A stretch of 64,000 nt of DNA from a virus (lineage: Duplodnaviria; Heunggongvirae; Uroviricota; Caudoviricetes): the IMG/VR virus record IMGVR_UViG_3300011338_000526; one strand, 5' to 3'. Numbering within the stretch: the stretch's first letter is position 1; each line of letters begins with the position of its first letter. Positions 29,165 to 36,611 of the stretch are shown one piece after another. Made by a program: the position numbers and the translations under genes. The notes beneath the pieces are model-generated. The model ran no database searches. It worked only from the letters and a program-made list of their open reading frames with translations, and had not been told where the DNA came from.

Positions 29165-29530
29165 TTAATCCTTATCTACTGGTTGTGGTTTAGACTCTTC
29201 AGAATACTTAGCGACCTTGCCGCCCATCCATTGCTCGATCGGCATTCCAGAGAAGCACTTTTCAAGCGTAGGGATGAACCCGAGGTCTTCGATGATGTGA
29301 GCCTCAGCTACATCACGGACGTGCACGGTCTTGTTATCCGAGTTTGTGATCGTATGACCAAAGACTCGCTCTGCGATGAAGCAGCCTACGGAGTTATGTA
29401 GGACCATGCGATGACGGATATCAGGCAGAGCCATCTTAGTGCAATCCATGAAATCATGAATCGCGATATAGTCTTCGGCTACGCCACCAAACTTCTTTGC
29501 GCTGATTCGCGCATGCACCATAGGCTTCAT
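29165..29530 (-). CDS. hypothetical protein
   Basis: Start at ATG 29530 (ATGA overlap with upstream stop). Confidence 0.45.
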   Translation of the reverse strand: MKPMVHARISAKKFGGVAEDYIAIHDFMDCTKMALPDIRHRMVLHNSVGCFIAERVFGHTITNSDNKTVHVRDVAEAHIIEDLGFIPTLEKCFSGMPIEQWMGGKVAKYSEESKPQPVDKD

Positions 29531-29847
29531 GTTTTTGGACTCCACAACTTTGCAAACTTCAGAACGTTCGGCAACTGATCATTTTCGCAAGGGATAGGGA
29601 TAGCACAGATTTTAATGCCATCAAGAGTCTTGCTCTCGTGACCAAGATAAGTGCCCTCGATAGCAGCGATCTTATCAAATTCCTTGCGATTGACACGTAC
29701 AACACACTTCTTGAAACTGTTGATCAGCCAATCAAGATACTGCGGGTTGTGCTGAAATACTAGATGAGCACCTAGAACACCATGTGCTACGACCGTGGGG
29801 ACGATGTGATCGGGAGTTTCATCTAGAATAGCGATATACAGTTTCAT
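29527..29847 (-). CDS. PTH2-like (peptidyl-tRNA hydrolase 2 fold) protein, tentative
   Basis: MKLYIAILDETPDHIVPTVVAHGVLGAH...KCVVRVNRKEFDKI...ICAIPIPCEN parallels PTH2 KMVIVVRSDIKMGKGKIAAQVAHAA...KIIVKVNSLDEI...CLGIGPAPEN. Catalytic residues not clearly conserved. Confidence 0.35.
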   Translation of the reverse strand: MKLYIAILDETPDHIVPTVVAHGVLGAHLVFQHNPQYLDWLINSFKKCVVRVNRKEFDKIAAIEGTYLGHESKTLDGIKICAIPIPCENDQLPNVLKFAKLWSPKT

Positions 29848-29848
29848 C

Positions 29849-30235
29849 TTAGTCGACCTCAACCTCTTGAACAAAATAAGTTGCGCAATAATCATTCACA
29901 CTACGGGCGATCTTACGCAGATCATCATCGGTGAAAATACCATGTTGGGCAGCGCGCGAGATCTCGCGAGATTCTTCCCAACCAATATAGCCATCACGGA
30001 GCTCAAATCCACGATCTTTGAACACCTGAAGTGCTTCCGAACCATGATCGAATGCAGCTGTTTCAGATAGATATTCGAGGTCTCCTTCCTTGAAACCCTC
30101 AACCATCATATCAATTGCTGCTTGGTTAGCTGCAGCCAGAGACGTATAGGCTCGTACTGCATTGCCGCCTTCCGTCACTTCATAATTGCTGTCGTCATAC
30201 TCAAAGCTACGACGCTGAATCACATATACTTTCAT
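29849..30235 (-). CDS. hypothetical protein
   Basis: 128-aa ORF. Confidence 0.45.
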   Translation of the reverse strand: MKVYVIQRRSFEYDDSNYEVTEGGNAVRAYTSLAAANQAAIDMMVEGFKEGDLEYLSETAAFDHGSEALQVFKDRGFELRDGYIGWEESREISRAAQHGIFTDDDLRKIARSVNDYCATYFVQEVEVD

Positions 30236-30247
30236 TGCTAAATTCCT

Positions 30248-30565
30248 CTATTTCGAATTCTTAGGTTTGGGTAATTTCCACCACTGCGTAGCGAGCATCC
30301 ATAGAACCTTCAAAGCTCCTTTTCGAGCTCTCCATGTATCAGTTTCTAAAGGATCTCCTGCCATAGTTGCGATATACGCTTCTCGGCAGTGGCCATCCCA
30401 GAATGCACTATCAATCCATGCCTCAGCTTCCGTTTCATCGCGTGCATGCGCAAGAGCTGAGATTGTCCACTTTCTTCCATCATCAGGCGCTTTAAAAATG
30501 GTCGAAGCTGCATAGCGGTTGATTGAAAGAAGTCTACGCATAGCCCAATCAATAATAGGTGTCAC
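30248..30565 (-). CDS. hypothetical protein
   Basis: 105-aa ORF. Confidence 0.45.
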   Translation of the reverse strand: MTPIIDWAMRRLLSINRYAASTIFKAPDDGRKWTISALAHARDETEAEAWIDSAFWDGHCREAYIATMAGDPLETDTWRARKGALKVLWMLATQWWKLPKPKNSK

Positions 30566-30927
30566 TTATTCACCTCCATTGCCATCAATCCAAGATTACA
30601 CCAATTTGGTTCTACAATATGACCAACGGAGTAGATCTTACCACTCCATCCTTCTTCGCGCTCAACACGCACATACTTGCCCTCGAGGTCTTCCCAGCAT
30701 GTCACGCCAACAGCTTCTAGGAGAGAGCGAATGGCTTCAATACCAAAGGCACTGCCTACTCGCTTCTTGGTTTCCTTGTTGTAGCTGTCAAAAGCATAGC
30801 CACCGTAACCTTGACCCGAACCACCATAGTCAAGAGTAATCATGAATGTCATGATACCATGATCCTCAATACCAAGCATGGTGGACTCGATACGAGCGTT
30901 TACAATTTCAGAAGCCATAATTTTCAA
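30562..30927 (-). CDS. hypothetical protein
   Basis: 121-aa ORF. Confidence 0.45.
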   Translation of the reverse strand: MKIMASEIVNARIESTMLGIEDHGIMTFMITLDYGGSGQGYGGYAFDSYNKETKKRVGSAFGIEAIRSLLEAVGVTCWEDLEGKYVRVEREEGWSGKIYSVGHIVEPNWCNLGLMAMEVNK

Positions 30928-31571
30928 TCCACGTAAAATTGACGTTGTAGGGAAACTTCGTTCCGTCCCATATCATAAACTGATTCTACGAAAAAGTCAA
31001 TCGTAGAATTGGGCAGCTTGAAACCCTTTTCGCGATACTTCAGAAGCCTCTTGAACGTTGCGTTAGGATGCGTCGCCGTATTAAGAGTGAGTTCCTTCTT
31101 ACGCACATCGCGGATAGCCTTGCGATCGGTATAGACATGTGTGCCATTATACGCAAAGCGACCTGCATTGATATCAAAAGTTGCAAGCAAATGCTCTGCG
31201 TGTATGTAGAAGTCCTTTGTGATGAGCTGCACCTTGATATACTGGCTACCTGCAAGCTTGGGAGCCAGATCGTTGAAGTCAGGCTCGGCGACCTTGAGAT
31301 AGGTTGTCAGCTCACCCTTCGGGCACTTGAAGATCACATGGAAGCCATTGCTTTCCAAGCTCACCGCAGCCTCAGCAGCCCGAAGTTGGTTCGAAAAGAA
31401 CAAGTCAAAGTCACAGAGAACATCCTGCTTGTCAATCAAACCACGCAGAGCGCCGCCAGCCAACCAGCACGTCCCTCGGTCGGTCTCTCCCACGACACCT
31501 TCCATAGCCAGAAGATCGTGGATGCGAGAGTCCTTGATTCGCCAAAGGATCTTATCTGTAAACTTAAGCAC
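30924..31571 (-). CDS. short nucleotidyltransferase of the CCA-adding / poly(A) polymerase head-domain family
   Basis: AGGALRGLIDKQDVLCDFDLFF matches GGAVRDxLLGxxxKDxDxxV. Later ATFDINAGRF matches RRDLTINAL. Only 215 aa, head plus neck. Confidence 0.55.
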   Translation of the reverse strand: MLKFTDKILWRIKDSRIHDLLAMEGVVGETDRGTCWLAGGALRGLIDKQDVLCDFDLFFSNQLRAAEAAVSLESNGFHVIFKCPKGELTTYLKVAEPDFNDLAPKLAGSQYIKVQLITKDFYIHAEHLLATFDINAGRFAYNGTHVYTDRKAIRDVRKKELTLNTATHPNATFKRLLKYREKGFKLPNSTIDFFVESVYDMGRNEVSLQRQFYVD

Positions 31572-31582
31572 TTAGATTCTCC

Positions 31583-32404
31583 TTATCGAATCCCAGGAAG
31601 GTTGATGAAAGGAACACCGGAAGTAGCAGCCGGCAGCTGACCATTCCACTTCTGCGCAGCCATGTACTGGACCAACTCAGGAGTCACGGAAGCAGCCACG
31701 ATTCGGTTAGCAGCAGCCTGACCCTCAGCCTCAATACGTTGACGCTCAGCTTCCTGTCGAGCCGTCTCTACCTGCTGACGGCGCTGCTCAGTCTCCTGAC
31801 CGGCAGAGATTCGGCGGTTGATGGCTTCAACGACTCGTGCATCAAGACGGAACTGACCAACTGCGTAGATGTTGTCAACCATAATACCATGAGGACTCAT
31901 TCGCGCTTGAACAGCCTTCAGAACCTCATCCATGAAAGCGTTCTTACCGTCACCGATAATGTCTTCGATACGGCGAGTAGAGGCAGCACTCACAAGAGCA
32001 TCCCGAACCTCGTTACGAAGAGTCTGGCGAGTGATTTCCATCGCACCCATACGATAGCGCTGGAAGATATCAGGAATTCGGTTGCGATCAAACACATACT
32101 GCACACCGAAGTCGCCATTAATGTTGGCACCTTCACGAGACTGAATATCGATCGACTCATTGGTGGGACTCTGGCTGGTATTAGCAGCATCCCAGACGTA
32201 GTTTTGAACGAACGTCGGGAACGTATAGAGTCGCTCAGTGAAGCCAATCCAGTGGCGACCCGGCTCGAGCAGATTACGCTGCACACCACGCTCACCGCCA
32301 GAAGTGGTCACCTTCACGCCCACCTGACCCGGCTCGACGTAATCACAAGCCACTGTAGAAAGAGCGAGAACACTCACGGCAGTCATCTTAGCAAAACGAT
32401 TCAT
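31583..32404 (-). CDS. SPFH/band-7 (HflC/stomatin-like) lipoprotein
   Basis: Lipobox ...LALSTVAC. Band-7 core and C-terminal coiled-coil QETEQRRQQVETARQEAERQRIEAE. Confidence 0.7.
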   Translation of the reverse strand: MNRFAKMTAVSVLALSTVACDYVEPGQVGVKVTTSGGERGVQRNLLEPGRHWIGFTERLYTFPTFVQNYVWDAANTSQSPTNESIDIQSREGANINGDFGVQYVFDRNRIPDIFQRYRMGAMEITRQTLRNEVRDALVSAASTRRIEDIIGDGKNAFMDEVLKAVQARMSPHGIMVDNIYAVGQFRLDARVVEAINRRISAGQETEQRRQQVETARQEAERQRIEAEGQAAANRIVAASVTPELVQYMAAQKWNGQLPAATSGVPFINLPGIR

Positions 32405-32405
32405 A

Positions 32406-32618
32406 TTAAAGATCCTTCACAATGGAAATGATTTGTTGAACGCAGAACAGGAGGCTGAGAATAATCACTGCCAGAGCAGTGGGAAGAAACAGCCAGATAA
32501 AAGGACTCTCGATAGCAAAGATGGCGGGCAGAAGCATACCCATACCTCCAAAAGCAATCATAATCCCTGCGAAGCTATAAGTCAACAACTTAATTGTGGT
32601 CTTGTAACTAATTTTCAC
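32406..32618 (-). CDS. 2-TM small membrane protein (NfeD-like partner of SPFH)
   Basis: 70 aa, two hydrophobic helices. Translationally coupled downstream of SPFH gene. Confidence 0.5.
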   Translation of the reverse strand: MKISYKTTIKLLTYSFAGIMIAFGGMGMLLPAIFAIESPFIWLFLPTALAVIILSLLFCVQQIISIVKDL

Positions 32619-32884
32619 GATTCATTATCCTTTACAACGTTAATAAGACGGCGGAACTCGTTAGCGTCACAATCCCCATATTGACAGGGCAGCGACACCA
32701 TACGTTCAGCTAAGGCAATGAGTAGGTCATCCTTCGCTTGTCTGACTTCTTCTACTTTCATAGCTTCTTCGTTGCGCTTTGCTCGATCTCTGCATGCCTC
32801 GCACTCGAGCCGATCCCATACACATAGATTAAAGCAGCCACGGTTCTGACAGCGCCCAGTGATTTTACTCGGCATCAGTTGCAA
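32615..32884 (-). CDS. Cys-rich zinc-ribbon-like small protein
   Basis: CxxxGC...CxxC...C pattern. 89 aa. Confidence 0.45.
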   Translation of the reverse strand: MQLMPSKITGRCQNRGCFNLCVWDRLECEACRDRAKRNEEAMKVEEVRQAKDDLLIALAERMVSLPCQYGDCDANEFRRLINVVKDNES

Positions 32885-33129
32885 CCTCTCGCAAGAGGGC
32901 TGGCGGCGATCATGGCGCGGTATCGCTCTTCATGCGCGCCTGCGTGGTTCATGCCGGGTGTCCAAGCCCGCATCGCTGCGTCAAGCATCGGGTTTGTCAC
33001 CTCCCTCGGCACTACCACGTATCCCGCCGCCTCGATTGCGGCGAGGGCGGCGGCGGGTAGATCATCACCACGCATGCGAGCGCCATTCAGTGCATCGCCC
33101 ACAATCGCCACCAACTTCGCGCGCGTCAT
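32875..33129 (-). CDS. hypothetical protein (GC-rich sub-island)
   Basis: 84-aa ORF in locally high-GC DNA. Confidence 0.4.
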   Translation of the reverse strand: MTRAKLVAIVGDALNGARMRGDDLPAAALAAIEAAGYVVVPREVTNPMLDAAMRAWTPGMNHAGAHEERYRAMIAASPLARGCN

Positions 33130-33482
33130 GGTGTAGTCTCCTTGGGCAGCAGGGCGAGGATGGCTTCTGAAATTTCAGCAGGAGGGCAGCCGTTCTTCCA
33201 AGCTTCGTGAGCCGCAGCCGCTGCATCCTTCGCGCCTCGCGCGTAGCCGGTGGCGTCGGCGGCGTCGGCTTGCTTGCCCAACTCCCATCCACGCTTTTGC
33301 CAGTCATCGCTTTGCAGTTTCCACGCATCCCTCTCCCGCTCCGCCGCATCCAGCTCGGAGCGGAGGGCGCGCAAGGTGGCGGCTGAAAGTTGCAAACCGT
33401 CATAATTCAGACGTTCTGCCAACCGCTCCACCGCCTCTCGGCTCGTATCAATATCCATTTCAAAATTCCTTTCTGTTACCAA
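33126..33482 (-). CDS. hypothetical coiled-coil protein (GC-rich sub-island)
   Basis: 118-aa ORF. Confidence 0.4.
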   Translation of the reverse strand: MVTERNFEMDIDTSREAVERLAERLNYDGLQLSAATLRALRSELDAAERERDAWKLQSDDWQKRGWELGKQADAADATGYARGAKDAAAAAHEAWKNGCPPAEISEAILALLPKETTP

Positions 33483-33688
33483 CGACGACGATAAACAGGG
33501 CGCCCATAGTAGCGAGGCGCATGATAGCGCGGAGCGTAATACCTCGGCGCAACATAGACAGGTGCCCGATAGACTGGCGCCACGTAGTGATAAGAAGGCG
33601 GGGGCGAATGCACGGTCAGAGTCCCATCAGGATAGACCGTGCAAGCTGAAAGACCAGCCAGCGCTACGATTGCTAAAAGCCTCTTCAT
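33476..33688 (-). CDS. small lipoprotein with YxAPRYY tandem repeats
   Basis: MKRLLAIVALAGLSAC lipobox. VYRAPVYVAPRYYAPRYHAPRYYGRPVYRRRW. Confidence 0.4.
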   Translation of the reverse strand: MKRLLAIVALAGLSACTVYPDGTLTVHSPPPSYHYVAPVYRAPVYVAPRYYAPRYHAPRYYGRPVYRRRW

Positions 33689-33689
33689 A

Positions 33690-33929
33690 TCAGCTCCCAC
33701 CATACACGTAGTGAAGAGCTTCGTCTTGAGCAGACGTCGGATAAGAGGCTTCGGGTTCGCGAAAGCCTTCGTTATCCTTATGATCCAACCAGTCCTGGAA
33801 GAATTTGGCATCCCAATGAGGGAACCTTACCCACGCCATTCGCTGGGCTCGCTCGAGAGACTCAGCTACAATCACGACCATGCCGAACGACCAATCCTGC
33901 AAGACGCCTTCAAACACGAAAACTTGCAT
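33690..33929 (-). CDS. hypothetical protein
   Basis: 79-aa ORF. Stop adjacent to lipoprotein ATG. Confidence 0.4.
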   Translation of the reverse strand: MQVFVFEGVLQDWSFGMVVIVAESLERAQRMAWVRFPHWDAKFFQDWLDHKDNEGFREPEASYPTSAQDEALHYVYGGS

Positions 33930-33942
33930 ATCAATTCTCCTC

Positions 33943-34134
33943 TTAGCGCATGAAGTGGCGGATGATCTTCATCTCACTCTCAGTGATCGGACCATCCCAG
34001 TGACCCGCATACGGAGTGTCGATCTCGGCGACACGCTCAGCGATCTGCGAAAGCAGATTGGACTTGCGATCATCCGGGTGAGCCTTGGCGGCTGCCTCGA
34101 TGCGCTGCACGATTTCGTAGATCTTCACGTTCAT
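33943..34134 (-). CDS. small hypothetical protein
   Basis: Start at second ATG, with AAAGG RBS. Promoter module upstream. Confidence 0.4.
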   Translation of the reverse strand: MNVKIYEIVQRIEAAAKAHPDDRKSNLLSQIAERVAEIDTPYAGHWDGPITESEMKIIRHFMR

Positions 34135-34161
34135 GATCTTGCCTTTCGTTTTCATAAGCTC

Positions 34162-34190
34162 ATCATACCCCTAAGATGAAAATAAGTCAA
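34162..34190 (-). promoter_or_regulatory. early promoter module on reverse strand
   Basis: Reverse complement reads tccTTGACTTattttcatcttaggggTATGAT. Confidence 0.5.
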
Positions 34191-34211
34191 GGATGTTTTT
34201 ATTAAAAAGTG

Positions 34212-34427
34212 TTAATCTTCGTCCACAAACCTCAACTGCACTTCGCGGACGCGAGCACCAGTGTCGGGCATGGGTTCGCCGCGCTCCCAATAATGGCGAG
34301 GGTCCAGCTGTTTGATGGCAGCAGCCTTGGAGACCCAGACTCCCGCGCTCTGTAAGTTTTCAGTAGAAGGTTGACCGCGAGTCTTATTAGCAAAACTTCC
34401 GTCAGCCAGCTGAATCACATAAGGCAT
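34212..34427 (-). CDS. small hypothetical protein
   Basis: ATG 34427 with AAAGGAA RBS, downstream of promoter. Confidence 0.4.
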   Translation of the reverse strand: MPYVIQLADGSFANKTRGQPSTENLQSAGVWVSKAAAIKQLDPRHYWERGEPMPDTGARVREVQLRFVDED

Positions 34428-34454
34428 CTCAGTTCCTTTCGATCTTATAAAACC

Positions 34455-34483
34455 ATCATAACCCGGTTTCAAAAATAAGTCAA
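34455..34483 (-). promoter_or_regulatory. early promoter module on reverse strand
   Basis: Reverse complement reads agtccTTGACTTatttttgaaaccgggtTATGATggttttataagatc. Confidence 0.5.
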
Positions 34484-34486
34484 GGA

Positions 34487-34687
34487 CTATTTTGCTTCGG
34501 GATAGAGGTAATCCATCTCGCCGGTCTCCTTCATCCGGCGAAGCTGCCGAGCTACGAGCGAGGCGATCTTGCCGTCGCGCGAGAGCCCGACGGCAAGGCA
34601 GCGATCCAACAGAGCCAACTCAGAGTCCGTCAGCATATAGCGGAGTTCTTTTTCGAAAGCGGTCATTTCAATTTCCTTCGTCATCAT
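34487..34687 (-). CDS. small hypothetical protein
   Basis: ATG 34687 directly after -10 (possibly leaderless). Confidence 0.4.
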   Translation of the reverse strand: MMTKEIEMTAFEKELRYMLTDSELALLDRCLAVGLSRDGKIASLVARQLRRMKETGEMDYLYPEAK

Positions 34688-34693
34688 ATTATC

Positions 34694-34731
34694 ATCATAC
34701 CTCAGGTTTGAAATTAAAGCAAGGAAATTAA
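34694..34731 (-). promoter_or_regulatory. promoter variant ccTTGCTTTA-N-TATGAT (MotA-box-like)
   Basis: Reverse complement reads tccttgctttaatttcaaacctgaggtatgat. Confidence 0.35.
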
Positions 34732-34753
34732 AAACCAACGATTTCAATCACTT

Positions 34754-35115
34754 AGGTCTTAACCCATTGAAATCGTTGGGTAATGTTTTTTGAGCCGATC
34801 AAAGATTTTTCTAAAATCAAGCGATTTCAATGACTTAGCGAAAATCGGCTCTCTCGTTGATCTAGATACGGTTGAGCCGGTATTCTCCCGGTTTAGATCA
34901 ACGAGAGCGGCTAAAACCCGTAAGTCACTGATTTTACAAGACTTTTTAAATTCGCCGAAAAATAAAAAACCTTGTGATTACTGTGACTTAGCGGAAGCCT
35001 CACGCGAGCGATGCCTTAAAACGGGAAGAATCTAAGATCGGCTCAAAAAACATTACCCAACGATTTCAACCACTTAGGTTCGCCGCCGAGCTAAGTCGTT
35101 GATTTCCTTCAAAAA
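34754..35115. repeat. palindrome/iteron-rich element: 34-bp perfect inverted repeats flanking ~235 bp with six ACTTAG-core iterons
   Basis: IR 34788-34821 vs 35057-35090. 14-bp hairpin 34756-34800. Iterons at 34770, 34853, 34945, 35004, 35092, 35110. Confidence 0.6.
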
Positions 35116-35123
35116 GATAATCC

Positions 35124-35152
35124 TTGACCTTTTTTCAAAAATGAGGTATGAT
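35124..35152 (+). promoter_or_regulatory. early promoter module (TTGACC variant)
   Basis: tccTTGACCt-N17-TATGAT. Confidence 0.5.
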
Positions 35153-35176
35153 GGTTTTATCAAGAGGAGAGAGAAA

Positions 35177-35266
35177 ATGACTCAGGCGGTTTTGAACGTT
35201 CTCGGCGGTCTCGGTTTCGCGGCTGCGCTCTATGGTTTCACTGCCGTCCTCTTCCTGGTCGGCTGA
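35177..35266 (+). CDS. 29-aa hydrophobic micro-protein (single TM)
   Basis: GAGGAGAGAGAAA-ATG. MTQAVLNVLGGLGFAAALYGFTAVLFLVG. Hidden inside a spurious 100-aa ORF. Confidence 0.25.
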   Translation: MTQAVLNVLGGLGFAAALYGFTAVLFLVG

Positions 35267-35277
35267 AGGAGAAAAGT

Positions 35278-35451
35278 ATGTATCTCGTGAGCTTTACCAA
35301 CATGGGCTACTCGAAGGAATTCGCGAGCCAGGATTCGGCGATCACCTATATGAAGCGTGCGTGCTTCGAGGCGGTCCTGATGACGCCGAAAGGCGAACGG
35401 ATCGGCGAGTTCCGCCCGATCTCCGGCGAATTTATTTTTCAAAATCGCTGA
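35278..35451 (+). CDS. 57-aa hypothetical protein
   Basis: GAAGGAGAAAAGT-ATG. Ends just before next promoter module. Confidence 0.3.
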   Translation: MYLVSFTNMGYSKEFASQDSAITYMKRACFEAVLMTPKGERIGEFRPISGEFIFQNR

Positions 35452-35460
35452 AGATAGTCC

Positions 35461-35489
35461 TTGACTTATTTTTAAATCTAAGGTATGAT
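35461..35489 (+). promoter_or_regulatory. early promoter module
   Basis: agtccTTGACTT-N17-TATGAT. Confidence 0.55.
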
Positions 35490-35517
35490 GTTTTTATAAG
35501 ATCGAAAGGAACGAAAA

Positions 35518-35733
35518 ATGATTCAGAAGAATGAAGTTTTGCGGCTGATCGCCAGCATCAAGTTTTGTGAGTTCAGCGAAAATGATTGGCTGGTTTTTCA
35601 GGGCTGCACGTCCGAAAACCCTATGATCGGCGAGAACGACGATTATCTGGTGATCCTTGATGGCGACGTCGTCTGCGTTTTGACCAATGATTTCGACAGC
35701 GAACAGCAGATGTTTTTCCTTCGGGACTACTGA
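35518..35733 (+). CDS. small hypothetical protein
   Basis: 71 aa. RBS AAAGGAACGAAAA. Confidence 0.45.
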   Translation: MIQKNEVLRLIASIKFCEFSENDWLVFQGCTSENPMIGENDDYLVILDGDVVCVLTNDFDSEQQMFFLRDY

Positions 35734-35742
35734 AGATAGTCC

Positions 35743-35770
35743 TTGACTTAATTCCCGAAACCCAGTATAA
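35743..35770 (+). promoter_or_regulatory. early promoter module
   Basis: agtccTTGACTT-N16-TATAAT. Confidence 0.55.
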
Positions 35771-35802
35771 TCATTAATGTGATGATGATAAAGGAATCAA
35801 AG

Positions 35803-36225
35803 ATGCGAATTGAAACCACTAATTCCTGGCGAGTGCGGGTTCCGGCTGGCACCTACTTGCTGGGCGATCCCTGCTACGCTGTTCCCGACAATCTCTGGGA
35901 TGAAGCTGGCCAGTCTTGCGATTGGTGGCAGTCTAATCCCGTCGCGACCGTTACTGTCGAGGGCAAAGAATACAAGATCCTCGGTTTCGGTACAGCTCAC
36001 GGCGATGGTTGCTACAATTGCCGTGACGGAATCGAATATCCTGTCGACGCTGGGTTGATTGGTCTGGTTCCCATTGAGCTCGCCAATCCCCAAGATCCCG
36101 ATTTTCCCCTCAATAGTCTCGTTGTATTTGATCGCGAGACTCTGTGCACGAACGACGACGGTGTTATGCGGTTCGGCAACATTCACATCGACACCAAGAA
36201 TCAAGAAGAAGAAGAGGAATATTAA
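35803..36225 (+). CDS. Cys-containing hypothetical protein with acidic tail
   Basis: ATG 35803 with AAGGAA. Poly-E C-terminus. Confidence 0.5.
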   Translation: MRIETTNSWRVRVPAGTYLLGDPCYAVPDNLWDEAGQSCDWWQSNPVATVTVEGKEYKILGFGTAHGDGCYNCRDGIEYPVDAGLIGLVPIELANPQDPDFPLNSLVVFDRETLCTNDDGVMRFGNIHIDTKNQEEEEEY

Positions 36226-36227
36226 AG

Positions 36228-36536
36228 ATGAACGCAATTGAAATTCTTCTGAATGACTCGCGAGGGGTGTATATTCCCCAGAACTTCGCTGAGAATTTCG
36301 TTATGAGCGATTGGGGTGTCGGCGACGATACTCGAGATATTCTTCTCGCCGGTCCGACTTCCGAAAACGAATGGTACTGGGAAGCCTGGGAACAGGTTCT
36401 TAACAACGCTTCTTACGTCGATGCCACAGGTAATAAGTGGCACCTGTCGCAGGAAGGCGACCTGTTCGCTTACTGCGTTGAGCTCATGAGCGCCCGAGAA
36501 TACGCTGACTTTTTCGGCACCGAGATCGAAGATTAA
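36228..36536 (+). CDS. hypothetical protein
   Basis: ATG 36228 after AGGAAT. 102 aa. Confidence 0.5.
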   Translation: MNAIEILLNDSRGVYIPQNFAENFVMSDWGVGDDTRDILLAGPTSENEWYWEAWEQVLNNASYVDATGNKWHLSQEGDLFAYCVELMSAREYADFFGTEIED

Positions 36537-36557
36537 TCTTTTTTAACAAAATAGCCC

Positions 36558-36586
36558 TTGACTTATTTTTAAAACCAGGGTATGAT
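36558..36586 (+). promoter_or_regulatory. early promoter module
   Basis: gcccTTGACTT-N17-TATGAT. Confidence 0.55.
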
Positions 36587-36611
36587 GGTTTTATAAGATG
36601 AGGAGATAGAG

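Noticed and set aside
34790-35035. 81-aa ORF inside the palindrome/iteron element
   Set aside because: The region is dominated by inverted repeats and iterons and has no SD or promoter. It is more likely structured noncoding DNA.
35230-35534. 100-aa (+) and 70-aa (-) ORFs spanning the 35.2-35.5 kb region
   Set aside because: Both read straight through a conserved promoter module and the stop/SD signals. Replaced by two SD-preceded micro-ORFs.
34150-36600. Possible CRISPR-like array suggested by regularly repeated ~60-bp units
   Set aside because: The repeats are promoter modules (-35/-10 with SD and ATG) separating protein-coding cassettes on both strands, not direct repeats with spacers. 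No cas genes.
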